Shown in pieces: positions 40,255 to 52,949 of a DNA stretch of 64,000 bases; within the stretch, counting starts at the first letter, position 1, and every line of letters starts with the position of its first letter. The notes under the pieces are model-generated. The model was not told the origin of the DNA and did no database searches. It was given only the letters and a program-made list of their open reading frames with translations. The position numbers were made by a program, and so were the translations under genes. This stretch comes from Felis catus (lineage: Eukaryota): assembly GCF_018350175.1 (NCBI RefSeq), contig NC_058369.1, positions 23,872,001-23,936,000 of the forward strand, written 5' to 3'.

Positions 40255-40475
40255 TAAGGGGTTGAGTCCAGCCCTGTCATTTAGAAGCCGTGTGATTCCT
40301 TCCCAGGTACATAACCTCTCTGAGGCCCAGTTATCTCATCTATAAAACTGTATAATAATAAACGCACCAACTCTTGCAGGGCCATTTGTAAAGAACAAGG
40401 TAGGGAATGCACGCAGAACACCTCGTACCTATCACATGTAAGCATTTAGAAAATGCGAGCTAATCTTCATATTAT
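40255..40475 (+). mobile_element. MIR SINE
   Basis: aacctctctgaggcccagttatctcatctataaaa. Confidence 0.75.
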
Positions 40476-40580
40476 AACACTGGACCCTTCCCTGCTTCAG
40501 ATGTTAGGAAATAAGAAACACCAGCCTGCCCTATGGGTCTATTTCTGCTATGCCCAACACATAGACATTGGTTCAATCCC

Positions 40581-41165
40581 TGTATTCATTTTTTATTGTT
40601 GTCATGACACATTACTGTATATTTAGCAGATTAAAAAATCCACTTATTACCTGTCTGTTCTGGGTCTCCCAAGACCAAAATCAAGATGTTGGTAAAGCTG
40701 CTGTCTTCTCTAGAGGTCTGGCATTAATCTACTTTCAAGCTCATTCAAATCCTTGGCAGTATTCAGTTCCATGTAGTTGCAGGACTTTCCTTGGTGGCTG
40801 TCTGCTAGGAGTCATACTTAGCTTCTAGAGGCCTCCTGTATTCTATGGCTCATGGCCCATTCCCTCCATCTTCAAAATCTCTCATACCTCTGACCTCTCC
40901 TTCTGCCTCACCTCTCCTTTCTCTTTCCTCTTCCACTATATTTCTCTGATTCTTCTGCTTTTCTCTTCTACTTACTTTAAGGTCCTGTGTCATTGCATTG
41001 GGTCCACCTGGATGACCCAGGATACATCCCTTATTCAAGATCAGCTGACTAGTTACCTTAGTTCCATCTGCAAAGTGCCTTCACCCAGTGGCTGCATTAG
41101 TGTTTGACTGAATAGCCAAGAGTGGGAGTCTTGGGGAGATGTCTATGGATTTTGCTTACCATACC
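40581..41165 (-). mobile_element. MaLR solo LTR (MLT1E/F-like)
   Basis: aaatcaagatgttggtaaagctg...ttcaagctcattca...ttggcagtattcagttcc...cattgggtccacctggatgacccaggat...ttccatctgcaaagt. Confidence 0.8.
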
Positions 41166-41639
41166 CTGTTAGTTTTACTTTAAAATCTGCTTCAAAATCC
41201 ATGTCAACACAGCACACACACTAGGTGTTTAGTTCTGGCTGTTTTGTGAAGTTGGCTCAACTAGGAAGAAAAACATGAGGAAGTTCTTTTCAAAAAGAAT
41301 AACCGACCTCCTTGCCCAAGAGACTAACTATTCTGTTCAATATGGAGTTTTAAATCCATTTATCAGGGAAACTCCCTTTATTCTTCTCTTTTCCACTTTC
41401 TGCCCAATAAAATACATACTATTTTAAGGTATTTAAATATTGTAGCTCTAAGGTTTTTAATCTACAATGCTCAACTCCAGCTTTCAAATGTCAGCCAGCA
41501 GTGTCCAAACATAGGAGACTCTTGGGCAATCCGGAATTAATTCAAACAAGACAGCGTGGGCTGAGAAACTTGAGATTCAGGTTGGAATGTATTTGCCAAT
41601 TGGCAACTGATCCCATTCTCATCAACTTCCTAACCCATC

Positions 41640-42160
41640 TGATGTAGAAAATTAAAATTCTGGGTTTCTATTCTACAGAAATACTTGCAAATATGTCCAA
41701 AGACATATACACAAAATTGTTTACCACAGTCTTGTTTGTCATAACAAAAATGGCAAACAATCTAAATACCCACCAAATGTGACTAGTTAAATAAACTTTG
41801 GCAGGAGAATTCCATGGAATGTTTCTATAGCTATTCGAAAAGAATGAGGTAAATTCATATGCACCTAAATGGAAAGCTTAGCAAGGCATACTTATGTGAA
41901 AAATGCAAATCACAGAAGAATCTGTATAATATGATACAGTTTGTATTAGAAATGAACTTTGTAAATGTACATATATTTTGCAAATTCATACAAAGGGCAC
42001 ATCTGCCAATGGATTAGTGTATGCTGCTTCTGGGGAGAAGTGCGGAGTTGGGGGGTAGAGGGAAAGGGGCATTCAGGTTTTAAGCTGCTTACTTCAGTAT
42101 AGCTTAAATCTTTTACAATGAGAAATGAATCATGAATTAACTGCAGACTAGAAAAATTTG
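41640..42160 (+). mobile_element. Old L1 (L1ME-type) 3' fragment
   Basis: ctacagaaatacttgca...caaagacatatacacaaaattgtt...aaacaatctaaataccca...aagaatgaggta. Confidence 0.75.
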
Positions 42161-42328
42161 GTGAAATATACCAGGTTAGACTTACCACTGAGAAGTAGGG
42201 GCATGTAGGACTTCTACAAATGGGACTTGAGAAATGGTCTTATTTGAAAGTGTTTCAGAAATCAAAGCCTGCCAAAGTGCTAAAACAAATAGTCTCTGAG
42301 CATTTCAGCTGGAAATTCCATGCTTATT

Positions 42329-42560
42329 TTTTGTGTTTTTGTTTAAAATTTTTTTAATGTTTATTCATTTATTTTGAGAGAGAGAGAGTGTATGAGCAGG
42401 GGAAGGACAGAGAGAGAGACACAGAATCCGAAACAGGCTCCAGGCTCCGAGTTGTCAGCACAGAGCCCAATGTGGGACTTGAACCCATGAACTGTGAGAT
42501 CATGAGATCATGACCTGAGCCAAAGTCAGACTCTTGACCCACTGAGCCACCCAGGTGCTC
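42329..42560 (-). mobile_element. Can-SINE (SINEC_Fc-type)
   Basis: Ends actgagccacccaggtgctcc; TSD ctggaaat(t/c)ccatgcttatt at 42309-42328 and 42561-42580; internal 8-bp duplication tgagatca. Confidence 0.95.
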
Positions 42561-43734
42561 CTGGAAATCCCATGCTTATTAATTGCTACAGTAGAGTAAA
42601 GCATAAAACAGGCTGGACAAGAGAAGATAGTTTCTAGATAACGTGGCCTTCCACAGACCTGGCACATAGTAGGAGCTCAATAAATACTTGAAGAATACAA
42701 CACATGGCACTATTCAATTTGGGGAAGTATGTTACCTGCCTTTGATTAAGTCAAGCTTACTAAAACTGTAGTGGACATATATATCAGATTTAACCTAATC
42801 TCAAGAATGGATGGACAGAAGGGAAATGATTCCATTATAGAATATAGGCAAGGAAGATCTGGACTACAGGCAATCCTGATGTACTTTAAAATAAAACAAA
42901 CCAAGACCCCTTGCAAAACCAGATTCTCACTCTATGCAGCCCCCAAGGATGAAGCTCTCACAACATGCATGCCAGAGTAGTCCGAGAAGAAAGGGCTCAG
43001 AAGAGGAGGAAGTTCTCCATAATTCCTATCCCTCCATCTGCGGAGTTCAGGGGCTGGAATAAATGATTGTTAAACTCCCTCCCAGTACCGACCTTCCTGA
43101 AACCTGTAAGTGGCTGCTCTGGTGGCCAAGTAGCTTCAAAGGAGCTGGAATCTGTTCCCTTAGCTTCAAAGGAAGAGAGCCTTGGAGTTGCATGTCAAAC
43201 GTCAGAGTAAACCTAAGCCTAGCCCTCACTTTCTCTGCAGATCACCTGTCAGGGGCTGAGCTGCAGGAGTCAATGTGGCCCCTTCGTTCTGAAGGGCCAG
43301 TTGGGAAGGGAGGCAGAATGTGGTGAAATGTCATGCATGCCAAGGTCTCAAGCACAAAACTCTGCATTATTTGTAGCTCTTAAAAAGCCTTTTTTTTTTT
43401 TTTTTACTTTTACTCTTTTATTCTGTTATAGCCATAACTTCACTTGGAATTTACCAATATTTAAGAAGTGACTAAGTAAATAAATACATAAAGTGAACAT
43501 GAGAAACACACTGGCCCCTGGACTCCAAGCCGGGGAATTCAGGGAACCCCATTTCTGGAGATGTAAGCATACTCTTTGCTGCTCTTGGCTTGTTTCTGCC
43601 AACAACTGAACAACATTTTGTAGTGTGACTATCCTGCGAGCCATCAACTTGTTTCTAAATTGTACCAGATGCTCATGCTCTAACTCAACTTCATGTTTCC
43701 ATCAAATTTTTATGTTTTGATGATGTACACCTTT

Positions 43735-43955
43735 GCCATTCAAAGTGTGGTCCGCACACCAGCAGCATTTACATTGCCTGGGAGTAGAGTTGCCAGATAA
43801 AATATAGGAAATTCAAATTTAACTGGGCATCCATCTTTTTTTCCCCTCTCTAAATCTGGCAACCCTACCTGAAAGTCTGTTAGAAATGCAGAATCTCAGG
43901 CTCCACCCAGAACTGAGGAACCAGAATCTGCCTTTAATAAGATTCTGGGCGGTTG
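43735..43955 (+). mobile_element. MER5A-like hAT MITE, interrupted
   Basis: tcaaagtgtggtcc...ccagcagcat and tgttagaaatgcagaatctcaggctccacccaga. Confidence 0.85.
43785..43867. mobile_element. Internally deleted MER53-like hAT MITE nested in MER5A
   Basis: Terminal inverted repeats tagagttgccagat / atctggcaacccta; 8-bp TSD cctgggag / cctgaaag. Confidence 0.85.
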
Positions 43956-45011
43956 TAAAACCCAAGAGGAGCTAGTCTACTTGGCTACTGCAATTTTAAC
44001 CTTTTACTTTTAGGTCCTGCTGCAAGTTCTGATCTCACATCTGCATCAAATGCAGATGAAAAGAGTAATCCTTTAACAAGGTTGGTTTGTGTGTCTCCCT
44101 CATTGGACAGTTTTAGAATGTATTCTATTTGCAAATATATGCATTTTTCAACCTGGGCACACAGGGCACCCCACTTTCAACCACTGATCAGCCAGAGCTG
44201 GTTCTGCGGGCTGAATCCCATCACTCCAGAGGAGACGCCAGGCTGTGTTAATTGCTTGCTGGGTGGTGGGGAGGAGGGGCGGGGTTACCATCTCCCCTTT
44301 GATCAGGAGGGAGAAGTAATGGTTTTACTTACATCCTGCTTTGTCTCTGCACAGGCTGAAAGCCTGAGGATCCATTTCAGGCTCTCTCTTTCTTCCTAGT
44401 ATTCTGTTACTGCCTACATACCGCGGCCCAGGGCTTCAGGGGGGAAAACCAAACGCTCTTTGTGGTACACCCACATGACAGGCTTCAAAATGGAAACAAT
44501 ATTTAAGTTAAACCTGGAAGATCAAGTTTGCTCAAATCTTGCAACACAGGGAGCTTTTGAAAACTTCAGCAGCAGGTCTGTGTTTGATGGGGAGAGGCGA
44601 GCAGGGATGGAGAAGTAAGGCCCTGTTAACAGACGATGAATACACACAGAAATCAACATTTCCCTTTATTCCTGATAAATAGTGAGGATGATAACAATGC
44701 ACCTAGACAGAACCCCTAGAATTTCAAGGTGTCTTGACAGCTACTCTCTTCTTCAGTCTGTGGAATAAATTTTTTAGGGAAGGGGTGAAGGTAGTCATCA
44801 TTAGCCCCACAGGACAGAGAAGATGCAACCAAGTAAACAAGTTTTAAAAGTAAAACGAAACAAAACAAAACAGACACTTTCTGACTCCTAAAATAGTTCT
44901 TTATCCTGTTCTTAGAGGTTCATTTTTGGTCTCCCCAAACTACTCAGACTTCAATAATCCCTCCTGGGAGTTCAGAGCTACAAGAAACCTTAAAAAGATT
45001 CACAGAATCCT

Positions 45012-45463
45012 TGTATGGGTTGAATCACATGCTTTCAAAATTTGTATGTTTAAGCCTTCCCCTCCCCCCGTAACTCAGAATGTGACTGTATTGGAAAATA
45101 GGGTCATTGCAGATAGAAGTGGTTAAGATGAGGACTTATTGGAACCCAAATTCAACATGGTTGGCATCCTTATAAAAAGGAGAATATTGGGCATAGACAT
45201 ACCCACTCAGGGAGACAGCTCTGTAAAGATCAAGGTGGAGGCCAGGTGATGCATCTCTAAGCCAAGGAATGCCACAGATTTCCAGCAAACCAACATAAGC
45301 TGAGGGAGAGTCATGGAAGAGATTCTGTGTCACAGCCCTCAGAAGGGACCAACCCTGCTGACCCCTTGACTTCTAGCTTCCAGAACTGTGGAACAATCAA
45401 TTTCTGTTGTTTAAGCCACCCAGCTTGGGGTACTTTTTTACAGTAGCCCTGACAAACTAATAT
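45012..45463 (+). mobile_element. MaLR solo LTR (MLT1B/C-like)
   Basis: cagaatgtgactgtattggaaaatagggtc...agccaaggaatgcca...cagccctcagaagg...ccagaactgtg...gttgtttaagccacccag...aactaatata. Confidence 0.88.
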
Positions 45464-45479
45464 AAATCCTAAGTTGGAA

Positions 45480-45925
45480 AGTGCCATCTTGGCACTCATG
45501 CTGATGCCATGCACTGGGCAGAGGCTTCACGTGCATCATCTCAAAGCCTCCTCACATCAAATCTGGGAGGTAGGGACAAGCACTGAGGAAGCTGAGTCTC
45601 ACAGAGGCTGAGCTCCTCAATCGAGATGACACAGCTAGCACATGGCCATGTTGGATCAACACTTGGGCAGTCTGAGTCCAGATCCTTAACCACTAAACAT
45701 CACAACCTCAAGTGCAGTGGCCAGGAAAACTGATCCGCATCTAATAAGCCCTTTCAGTATGCATGACAGGCACTTTTAGGAACTCCTAACACACCATGAG
45801 GTAGAAATGAACATCGCCTATGTTTTGTAGAAAGAGAAGTGGAAACTATGAGGTTAAATGACTGGCCCAAGGTCACATAGCTCATCGGTGGTGGAGCTGA
45901 GGTTTGAACCAAGTCTCTGAACTTA
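45480..45925 (-). mobile_element. Two adjacent MIR fragments
   Basis: ctgaggaagctgagtctcacagagg; gaggttaaatgactggcccaaggtcacatagct. Confidence 0.7.
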
Positions 45926-46274
45926 TTAGCAAGAGCCAAAAGAGCTCAGATTTGTGTGTTCCTTACGGCACCAACATCTTCGCCCTCTCACGTCACCATG
46001 CGGATGCCATCATCCTGTCTTTCCATGCACCACGCACACCCTGTCATTCCCTTTTTCTATATCAATACACGCACACATGGGCATTTTCAGAGAGCTAATT
46101 TCCCTTCCCTCCCTCCACATGAAAGCTCTGCTTCCTCCAAGTAGTGCAGAAGGTGGCTTCATGGCTGTCAAGTCTATGAAATTGCTTTAGCCTATGTTTA
46201 AACTCTGATAATGTTCTAAGTCAATTCCAGGAATTCTCCTGGGTCACCCATTTAGAGTGCATCTGGATGTAGAG

Positions 46275-46488
46275 CAGTGGTTCTCAGCCAAGGGCAATTT
46301 TGCCCCCACTGTGGGAACATCTGCAGTCTCTGGAGTCCTTTTTGGTTGTCACAGCAGGAGCACAGGGATGCTACTGGTACCTGGCAAGTAGAGACCAGGG
46401 ATTCTGCTAAACATCCTACCTTGCACAGTTACACAACAAAGCAGTATCCAGCACCAAATGTTAATACTGCTGAGGGTGCGAATTCCTG
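46275..46488 (+). mobile_element. MER20 hAT-Charlie MITE, near full length
   Basis: cagtggttctca...attttgcccc...ttttggttgtcaca...gtagagaccagggattctgctaaacatcctac...cacaacaaag...cctg. Confidence 0.9.
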
Positions 46489-46494
46489 CATAGA

Positions 46495-46745
46495 GTGTGT
46501 CCTCCAGAGACAAACTGCCCATGTGCAAATTCCAGCTCCACTGCTTATTCGTTCTGCAACCTGGGGAAATTTTCTTAACTTTCTAGGGTCCGGTGTTCTT
46601 ATCTTCAAAATGAGACTAATAATAATAATACCCACATTCTGGGTTTGTTTGGGGAGAGGTAGGGTGCAATGAGTTAGTACATGACAATGTGTTAAGTCAA
46701 GTACCTGGCACGCTGTAAGTACTCTGGATAGTCACCCTTATTATT
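46495..46745 (+). mobile_element. MIR SINE
   Basis: caaattccagctccactgctta...aaaatgagactaataataata...cctggcacgctgtaagt. Confidence 0.8.
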
Positions 46746-47350
46746 TCCAAAGCTGGAATTTGGGTGTCTGACCACGGGGCTTCAGTAGCTGCTGCTCAAA
46801 TGTACTATTCTATAATTTTAGCTGAGGTGGGCAGTGCTAGATTTATGAATGTGTGACTCGGGCACTTACCATAGGCACAAATGAAATGGCACGCTGCGGT
46901 ATAGAAGGAAGCTCCCTTGTTGCAAAAGTAAAATCAGGCAGAATAAATTATTTAGGGCATCCTCTCTGAAACCTTCAAAAGTATTCAGAAATTCCCTTTG
47001 GAATCTTCTCAAAGGTCTCCATTTATCTATGCAACTAGCATTTACATTACTTTGACAAGACGCCAGACACTACATGGTTTAATGGATTTAATCCTCAAAA
47101 CAACTTCATGAGATGGGCACTGCCTTCTCTTGTTCTTTTTAAACAAAACCACCTCTAAAGTATCAGAACCCAAGATCAATCACTGCCTCATTAAGTTTTC
47201 ATTCAATATTATTGCTTTTCCTCTTACATTACGGCTATTATCTCCTGGTTGTCTCCCAACCTTCTCTGTAAGGATAGGAATTTTAGCAACATGACATAGG
47301 CTTTTGTGAGTTAGTTTGGGCACCTACCACCCTGTTTAACATACACAGTA

Positions 47351-47829
47351 AAGGTTTTCCCTATCTGAAAGTTTCCTGCGAAACCTTTTCTAAACCAAAA
47401 TGGTGTAAGGTAAAGAAGCAATTAACATTAATTTATACAGCAACTATTTTAGCCTTCCCAGACCCCCAAAATAACCTCTTTTAAGTTTTTCTGATACCTT
47501 GGGACACATGTTGCTAACAGATGCACAAAATAAATCAAGACAAAGCACAGGTGCTCACAGATCCAAGTCAAAGCGATGGCAGCCTGATGCTGGGGAGCTG
47601 AGTGTGGTTCCCAGAGAAGGGGCTGGGTGGGCAGCTCTCACTGCAAGGGATGTGTGCTGCCTCTATACAGGCTTGCTGCAAAACAAATGCTGAGTGCTAT
47701 TTTTGCTTTTCCTGCAAAAGCGAAAATACTTTTTACATTTCTTTTGCTTAGTGAAAACAGGTGGCAATGTAGGTCTTTTGCAAAAGCAAAGTGGTGAAAT
47801 GCAAACTTTTGAAAAGTGGGGGATATTTG
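47351..47829. mobile_element. Non-autonomous TcMar-superfamily DNA transposon (DNA1_Mam/Tigger-like)
   Basis: Imperfect terminal inverted repeats (aaggttttccctatctgaaagt / acttttgaaaagtgggggatatttg), each flanked by TA. Family name is from memory. Confidence 0.65.
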
Positions 47830-49699
47830 TATATATTATATATATAATTATTTGATTTCCCAACCATGAGTCAGATGTCCTGCAAACTTTTGGAACTTAA
47901 CTCACCTGGGAAGAGACTTCAGTATGTGGTTTAAAGAGCTGGGTCTGAAGAGCCCCTTGCTATACGGTGGCTGGTGTGGTGGTGAATGACAGAGTAATGG
48001 GGTTCCAGCCTGGGCTCTCTACCTTCTCGCTGTGTGACCTCGGGGGTTTTTGTAAAGTGGGGCAACCTAAGATCTACATGTTGGGGTGGAAGCCTAAGTA
48101 GAGTTGCATGTGGACAAAAGAGACATTCAATAATGGCTGCTCTCCACCTCTGACCAAATTCTGCCATCATCATGACTTGGATTCCATGGCTTATTTACCC
48201 CTTGCTCTACAAGATCAGTTAAATGACTATGACCCCACATTTCAATGTTATTGTATCACTGTCCTATTTCCTTTAATTCCTTTATGTGTTACCCCTTTCC
48301 GCCTCCAGCCCTGGTGTTCAGGCCATATCACACAGCCTTCTATGTCCAGCAACTGAATTGTATACGGTTATCTATTTCTACATGGAATTGGTGGCAATAG
48401 AGACCATGCAATGGGGAACTGCCCGGTGCTAAACTTGCAGAGTCCTTGAATTCTTCTCATAAGCTACCACTGACAGATAATTGAGAACATAGTTTACTTG
48501 GGTAAAATCACTCAGGAAGAACAGGAACCTCATTTGTGTAGTTTCTGTTATATTACACACAATAGGTACTTGATAAATATTTGTTGAACTCATTGCTGAA
48601 CAGGTGAGCATTAGTTAAGTGCTACATAATGTGGTGTGTGGCGTTTTTCCTCCCAGTATCTTCTCTCATTTCTTTTCAAATAATCTGAATAATTTGTAGG
48701 CAGGAGCACGAGAGCTTAGTTGTTAATCTCATCAACAAAGAACCTTCCAAAGAGGAGACATTCCTTTGGCCTGGGTTGTTGGCATTTCAGATGTAATTAC
48801 ATTTTTCACCCTAAAATTTCCCAACAAGATTAAGAGTCACACACAAAGTCTCCTTAACCCTCTGCTCAGAAGTGTGCACAAGGAGCTCTGCCCACTTTTC
48901 ACGGGATTTCTGAAAGATGCCAGCTGCTGGCAACCATGAAACACGAAACACAAAGGACTCCTAATCTTCTGGAACATACCCTACTTGCACAATTCTTGCA
49001 AGCCTCTCTAAGAACACTCCAAAGTCTGCAAGTATGTACTTGCTTTTCTGCAGGCAAAGAAGATGCAACATTGCCTTTCTCAACAAGCTGTTTCCAGTAT
49101 TTCCTTTATCTATTCTGGATCAGCCAAGATAAGACAGTGCAAATATCTAGGGAAAAAGGCAATTTTAGCATTTTCTTTTTAATTTCCCTTGCTTTATGGC
49201 CTCTTTTGGAAAGTCTCCTGACTTCCCATCGTGGTGATATTTCTTGCAAAGGCTGAAAAGTTTTAATGTATCCTCTTCATGTATCTAATTCCAATTGGCT
49301 GTTCATTCTGCTAGTTTACTGAGACTGTGTATCAAAGGCTTTTGAATTTGCGGGTGCATATTTTTGTTGTTGCTGCTGAGACCATTTGCTTGACCCTAGG
49401 AAAGTTATGTCCAACCATTCCAACAAAGGGCTTTTGGTCTGAAGCATGAAGATCCCCAGAGACACTGGTTCTGTTTGCTCCTCTGGTATTGCATACAGAC
49501 GCACAGCAGTCAGACTGGTGCCCAGCACCCAATGTGATTCAGGATACAACCAATGAGTAAACATTTAAATCTTTATAACACAGCACATACTTGATAAATA
49601 ATTACAGAAATACTGACGCTGCAACACTGTAAGGGGTGATCAGCGAAGAAGATATCAGAGGAGGTGGCAGTGGGGAAACATTACGGTTATGGAAGAGGG

Positions 49700-49900
49700 G
49701 CTGGTAGTTACTGAATGCTTATTATGTACCAGCACTGGGCTAGCGTTTTATACCACTGTCTCATTTGATCTTCATGAGAACTGCACAAGGGAGGAAAGTA
49801 AAACTGTAATTTCACCATTTTCCAGATGAGGACTCTGAGGCTCAGAGAGATTAAATAATGTGCCCCAGGCCACACAGTTGTTTAGGGGTAGAGCTCTGCC
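49700..49900 (-). mobile_element. MIR SINE
   Basis: ccattttccagatgaggactctgaggctcagagagattaaataatgtgccccaggccacacag. Confidence 0.85.
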
Positions 49901-52900
49901 CCTGTTCCATGAACTCCTGTATGTGCTGGATGAACCCTGAACTCACGAAAAGGGGAAGAAAAAGAGGAGAAAGATGAGGTGAAAGAAGGTGAGACCAGAA
50001 GAAAGGGAAGAAGTGGTCAGTGAAGAAAAATCCTGAGGTGGAGAGGGGGAAAATGATGGAGCCCTTGCTGGCTGTATCACGATTCTCAGAAAGCAGGCCC
50101 ACTTTCCCTTTCTCATGAGAGGGGCTGGGTGGGAGCTTGAGGACTGGAGCGGAGATTTGAAAGGGTCTGGAAAGGCCTGAAATGAAGAAACCTATTTAAT
50201 TCTCTTTACTCCACAGTTTTGCTCACACTTATTTGAACATAAAGTGTTATTATTATAATTTTTAAAAATAGTGTCTGTTAACATCCACTACCATCAATGC
50301 TCTAAGGAAATCCTTATGGAATTACTACTACCAGGGAAGGAGCAGGTGACCGGGAGTCAACTTTCTTCCTTTGTAAAAGGGGCATAGTGCTACCTGCCTG
50401 CCACCCTCATAGAGCTGATGGGGAATCTGATGAAAATCAGGACAGATGTTGGGGATTTCCTCTAAACTAGTAAGGGAGCTGTGTGAGTGAGAGGTGGGAA
50501 AAGAACTTGGAAGATGTTTCCAAGGATGGGCAGACCAGGCACAAAGCTGCCCGGCTACAGGTCTCTCCTTAGCCACTCTTGCCCTCGGTGTTTACTGGGA
50601 AAGTGACTGGCCCTGGGGGGAGATGGAGAGAGCCCATTTTTCCCTGGCCCTGGCCCACAGGGAGAGCCTCCTGGTTACACAAAGCTCCTGGAAAGCCTCT
50701 GTGGGTGGGAGTCCTGAGCCTCAGACCAGGTGTTCACATTCTTCCAGGAAGCATGGAAACGACTTAACAGTCTGGCCTCTGCAAAATGTTAATGAATTCA
50801 TAATTTTTTAAGAAGAATAACATGGAGAAAATTCATCAGGCGCTTCTCAGCCCTGCACCCTCACACACTGTCAACCTCCTTATCTGACATACTGGATTTC
50901 ACTGAGTCCTGAGCCTGTTGTATAAGAACGGACAAAGATTGCTCTTTGGCTCTAGAACACTTCCTCATTCTCCCTCTCTCCTTTCCACATTCCAAGAGTG
51001 GGGAGGACAACTCTTTTCTGTCGCCAATCATAGTGAAGGACCTGTGAGGCTGAATTCAGATCAGCTGGTGGAGATGCGGTTACTAAAGCAAGCTGTAACC
51101 TCTCAGACCAAAACAGGCACGCTCCATTTCCTAGTGTGTCTTTATCTTTGGACAAAGGAGAGCAAAGGATTTTCTCTAACGTGACTTCATTGTGCTCCCA
51201 AGCTATTGCCCAGGCACCAGCAGATACAAGTCCAGAAAGTTAATTAAAGCATAAAGTAACCCACAACAGCAGCAAAAAGACCAACATGCAGAGCCTGGGC
51301 ACAACCCAGTGCCATGAGGCGGTGGGGAGACTCTCTTTTTCATCATAGAGGGGTTTTGATTTTCTTTGTTGTTGAGGGATTTGTATAGAAACTACTCTCA
51401 AATAATGCAGCTACATCAGAGATCAAGGTGTGCTGAAAGAAGAATGGATGCTAGAGGATCAGCAAGGCCACATGCTGACTCAGGGTGGCCACAGGCATCC
51501 GGGCTCCTGGGCTGACACCTTAGTGCTGAACAATGAAGCCTCACACACTGCCAAGAACAAATGCACCGGGCAGCATTCATTACTCTCACACCCTCCCCAG
51601 AGCTGCTGTGTGCCTTCCCCTCCCCGCAGGGGCTGTCCCAACTGCCCGGTGCAGAGAAGAAATCAAACTTGTAGAGAGATGTCAATTTGTCAATATGGAA
51701 AGATGGTCATGTGACACTGAGTAAATAACAACAGTAGTCTTAGCTGCCTTTAAAGGTCCAAGGCAGCACCTAAAAGTGATGGAACAAGTACTCAAACTGG
51801 TCTGTGTGACTCTAGAGCCAAGGTACTTACCAACCACTTAGGACCAAAGGCTATGCAAAATTGGGAGTTATCCCCATCAAGTATAGGCTTACATGATCAT
51901 ATCTGTAAAGGAAAAGGTACCTAAAAATGGTACTTTCTCTGAATGAGGACTTTAAGAACTTCTTTTTTCCTGATTCTTCATTAAACTTTCTAAGTTTTCT
52001 ATTATAAACATAAAAACTAAAAATGAGGAAAATGGCTTTAAGAAGCTCAGGTTTTCTGGTAAAAGTGATCTTTGTGATTTTTTATTTCAGAGCCTCATTC
52101 TATGTTTCCCTCTGAAGGATGAAAGTACAATGTATTTAGCCATTTGGGCATTTGCCTTTTTATTCTGGGTCTAGCAGGTTTCTCTGAGAAATGATCTTTC
52201 AAACTGATTATAACAACCTCTCTTCTACATCTTTCTGAGAGCTCTGTTTGCCCCATTCTGCATATACAGTGACTAAGGAACTAAGGAAATGCTTAGGGAC
52301 AGGCAGAATCCTGACTACCAATTCAGACATGACCGGAGGGACCTGACTTGTTTGGGCACACAGTGGCCAGGCTGACCCCCAGGCTGTGGAAAGCTCATGA
52401 AGGCTGAAAGAAATGGCAGAGCTCCTCCTTCTGCAGATTCAGCATCTCAGTGATTTTTGTCACCATGGGAACAGCCCTGTGAGCTAGCTGGCAAGTGTGG
52501 CCTGGTGTTTGAGAGTACTGGATCTGTATGGGACAGATAGGGGCAGCTTAAATCAGGGCCAGGCAAGATGGAAGTTCTCAGTTGTTGTATGCTGTGATTC
52601 TGAATATTGGCATTACATTTGCTAGAAAATAAGGCTAGAGGGAATGGACATTACCAACACAAAGTGTCTGATGGACACATTCAAGGGGAAGGTGCCTTTT
52701 GGCCACCCAGGTAAAATGGGTTTCATGAGATCATCTGGTAAGCAAGTGGGTCAACATTTCTCCTGCAGGCAGCATGCTACTCTGGGGAAGGTATATAGGG
52801 AAAAGGCCTGAGGACAGAGTTAAGTCCCACCTGGGTGTGGCCAACAGCCTCCAGCCAATGGATGGCTCAATGGCCAGCTAAAAGGAATATAGACACTCTG

Positions 52901-52949
52901 GTTCATATATCTAATGGTGGTCATAAATATGCACCCTTGGTTTGGATGT

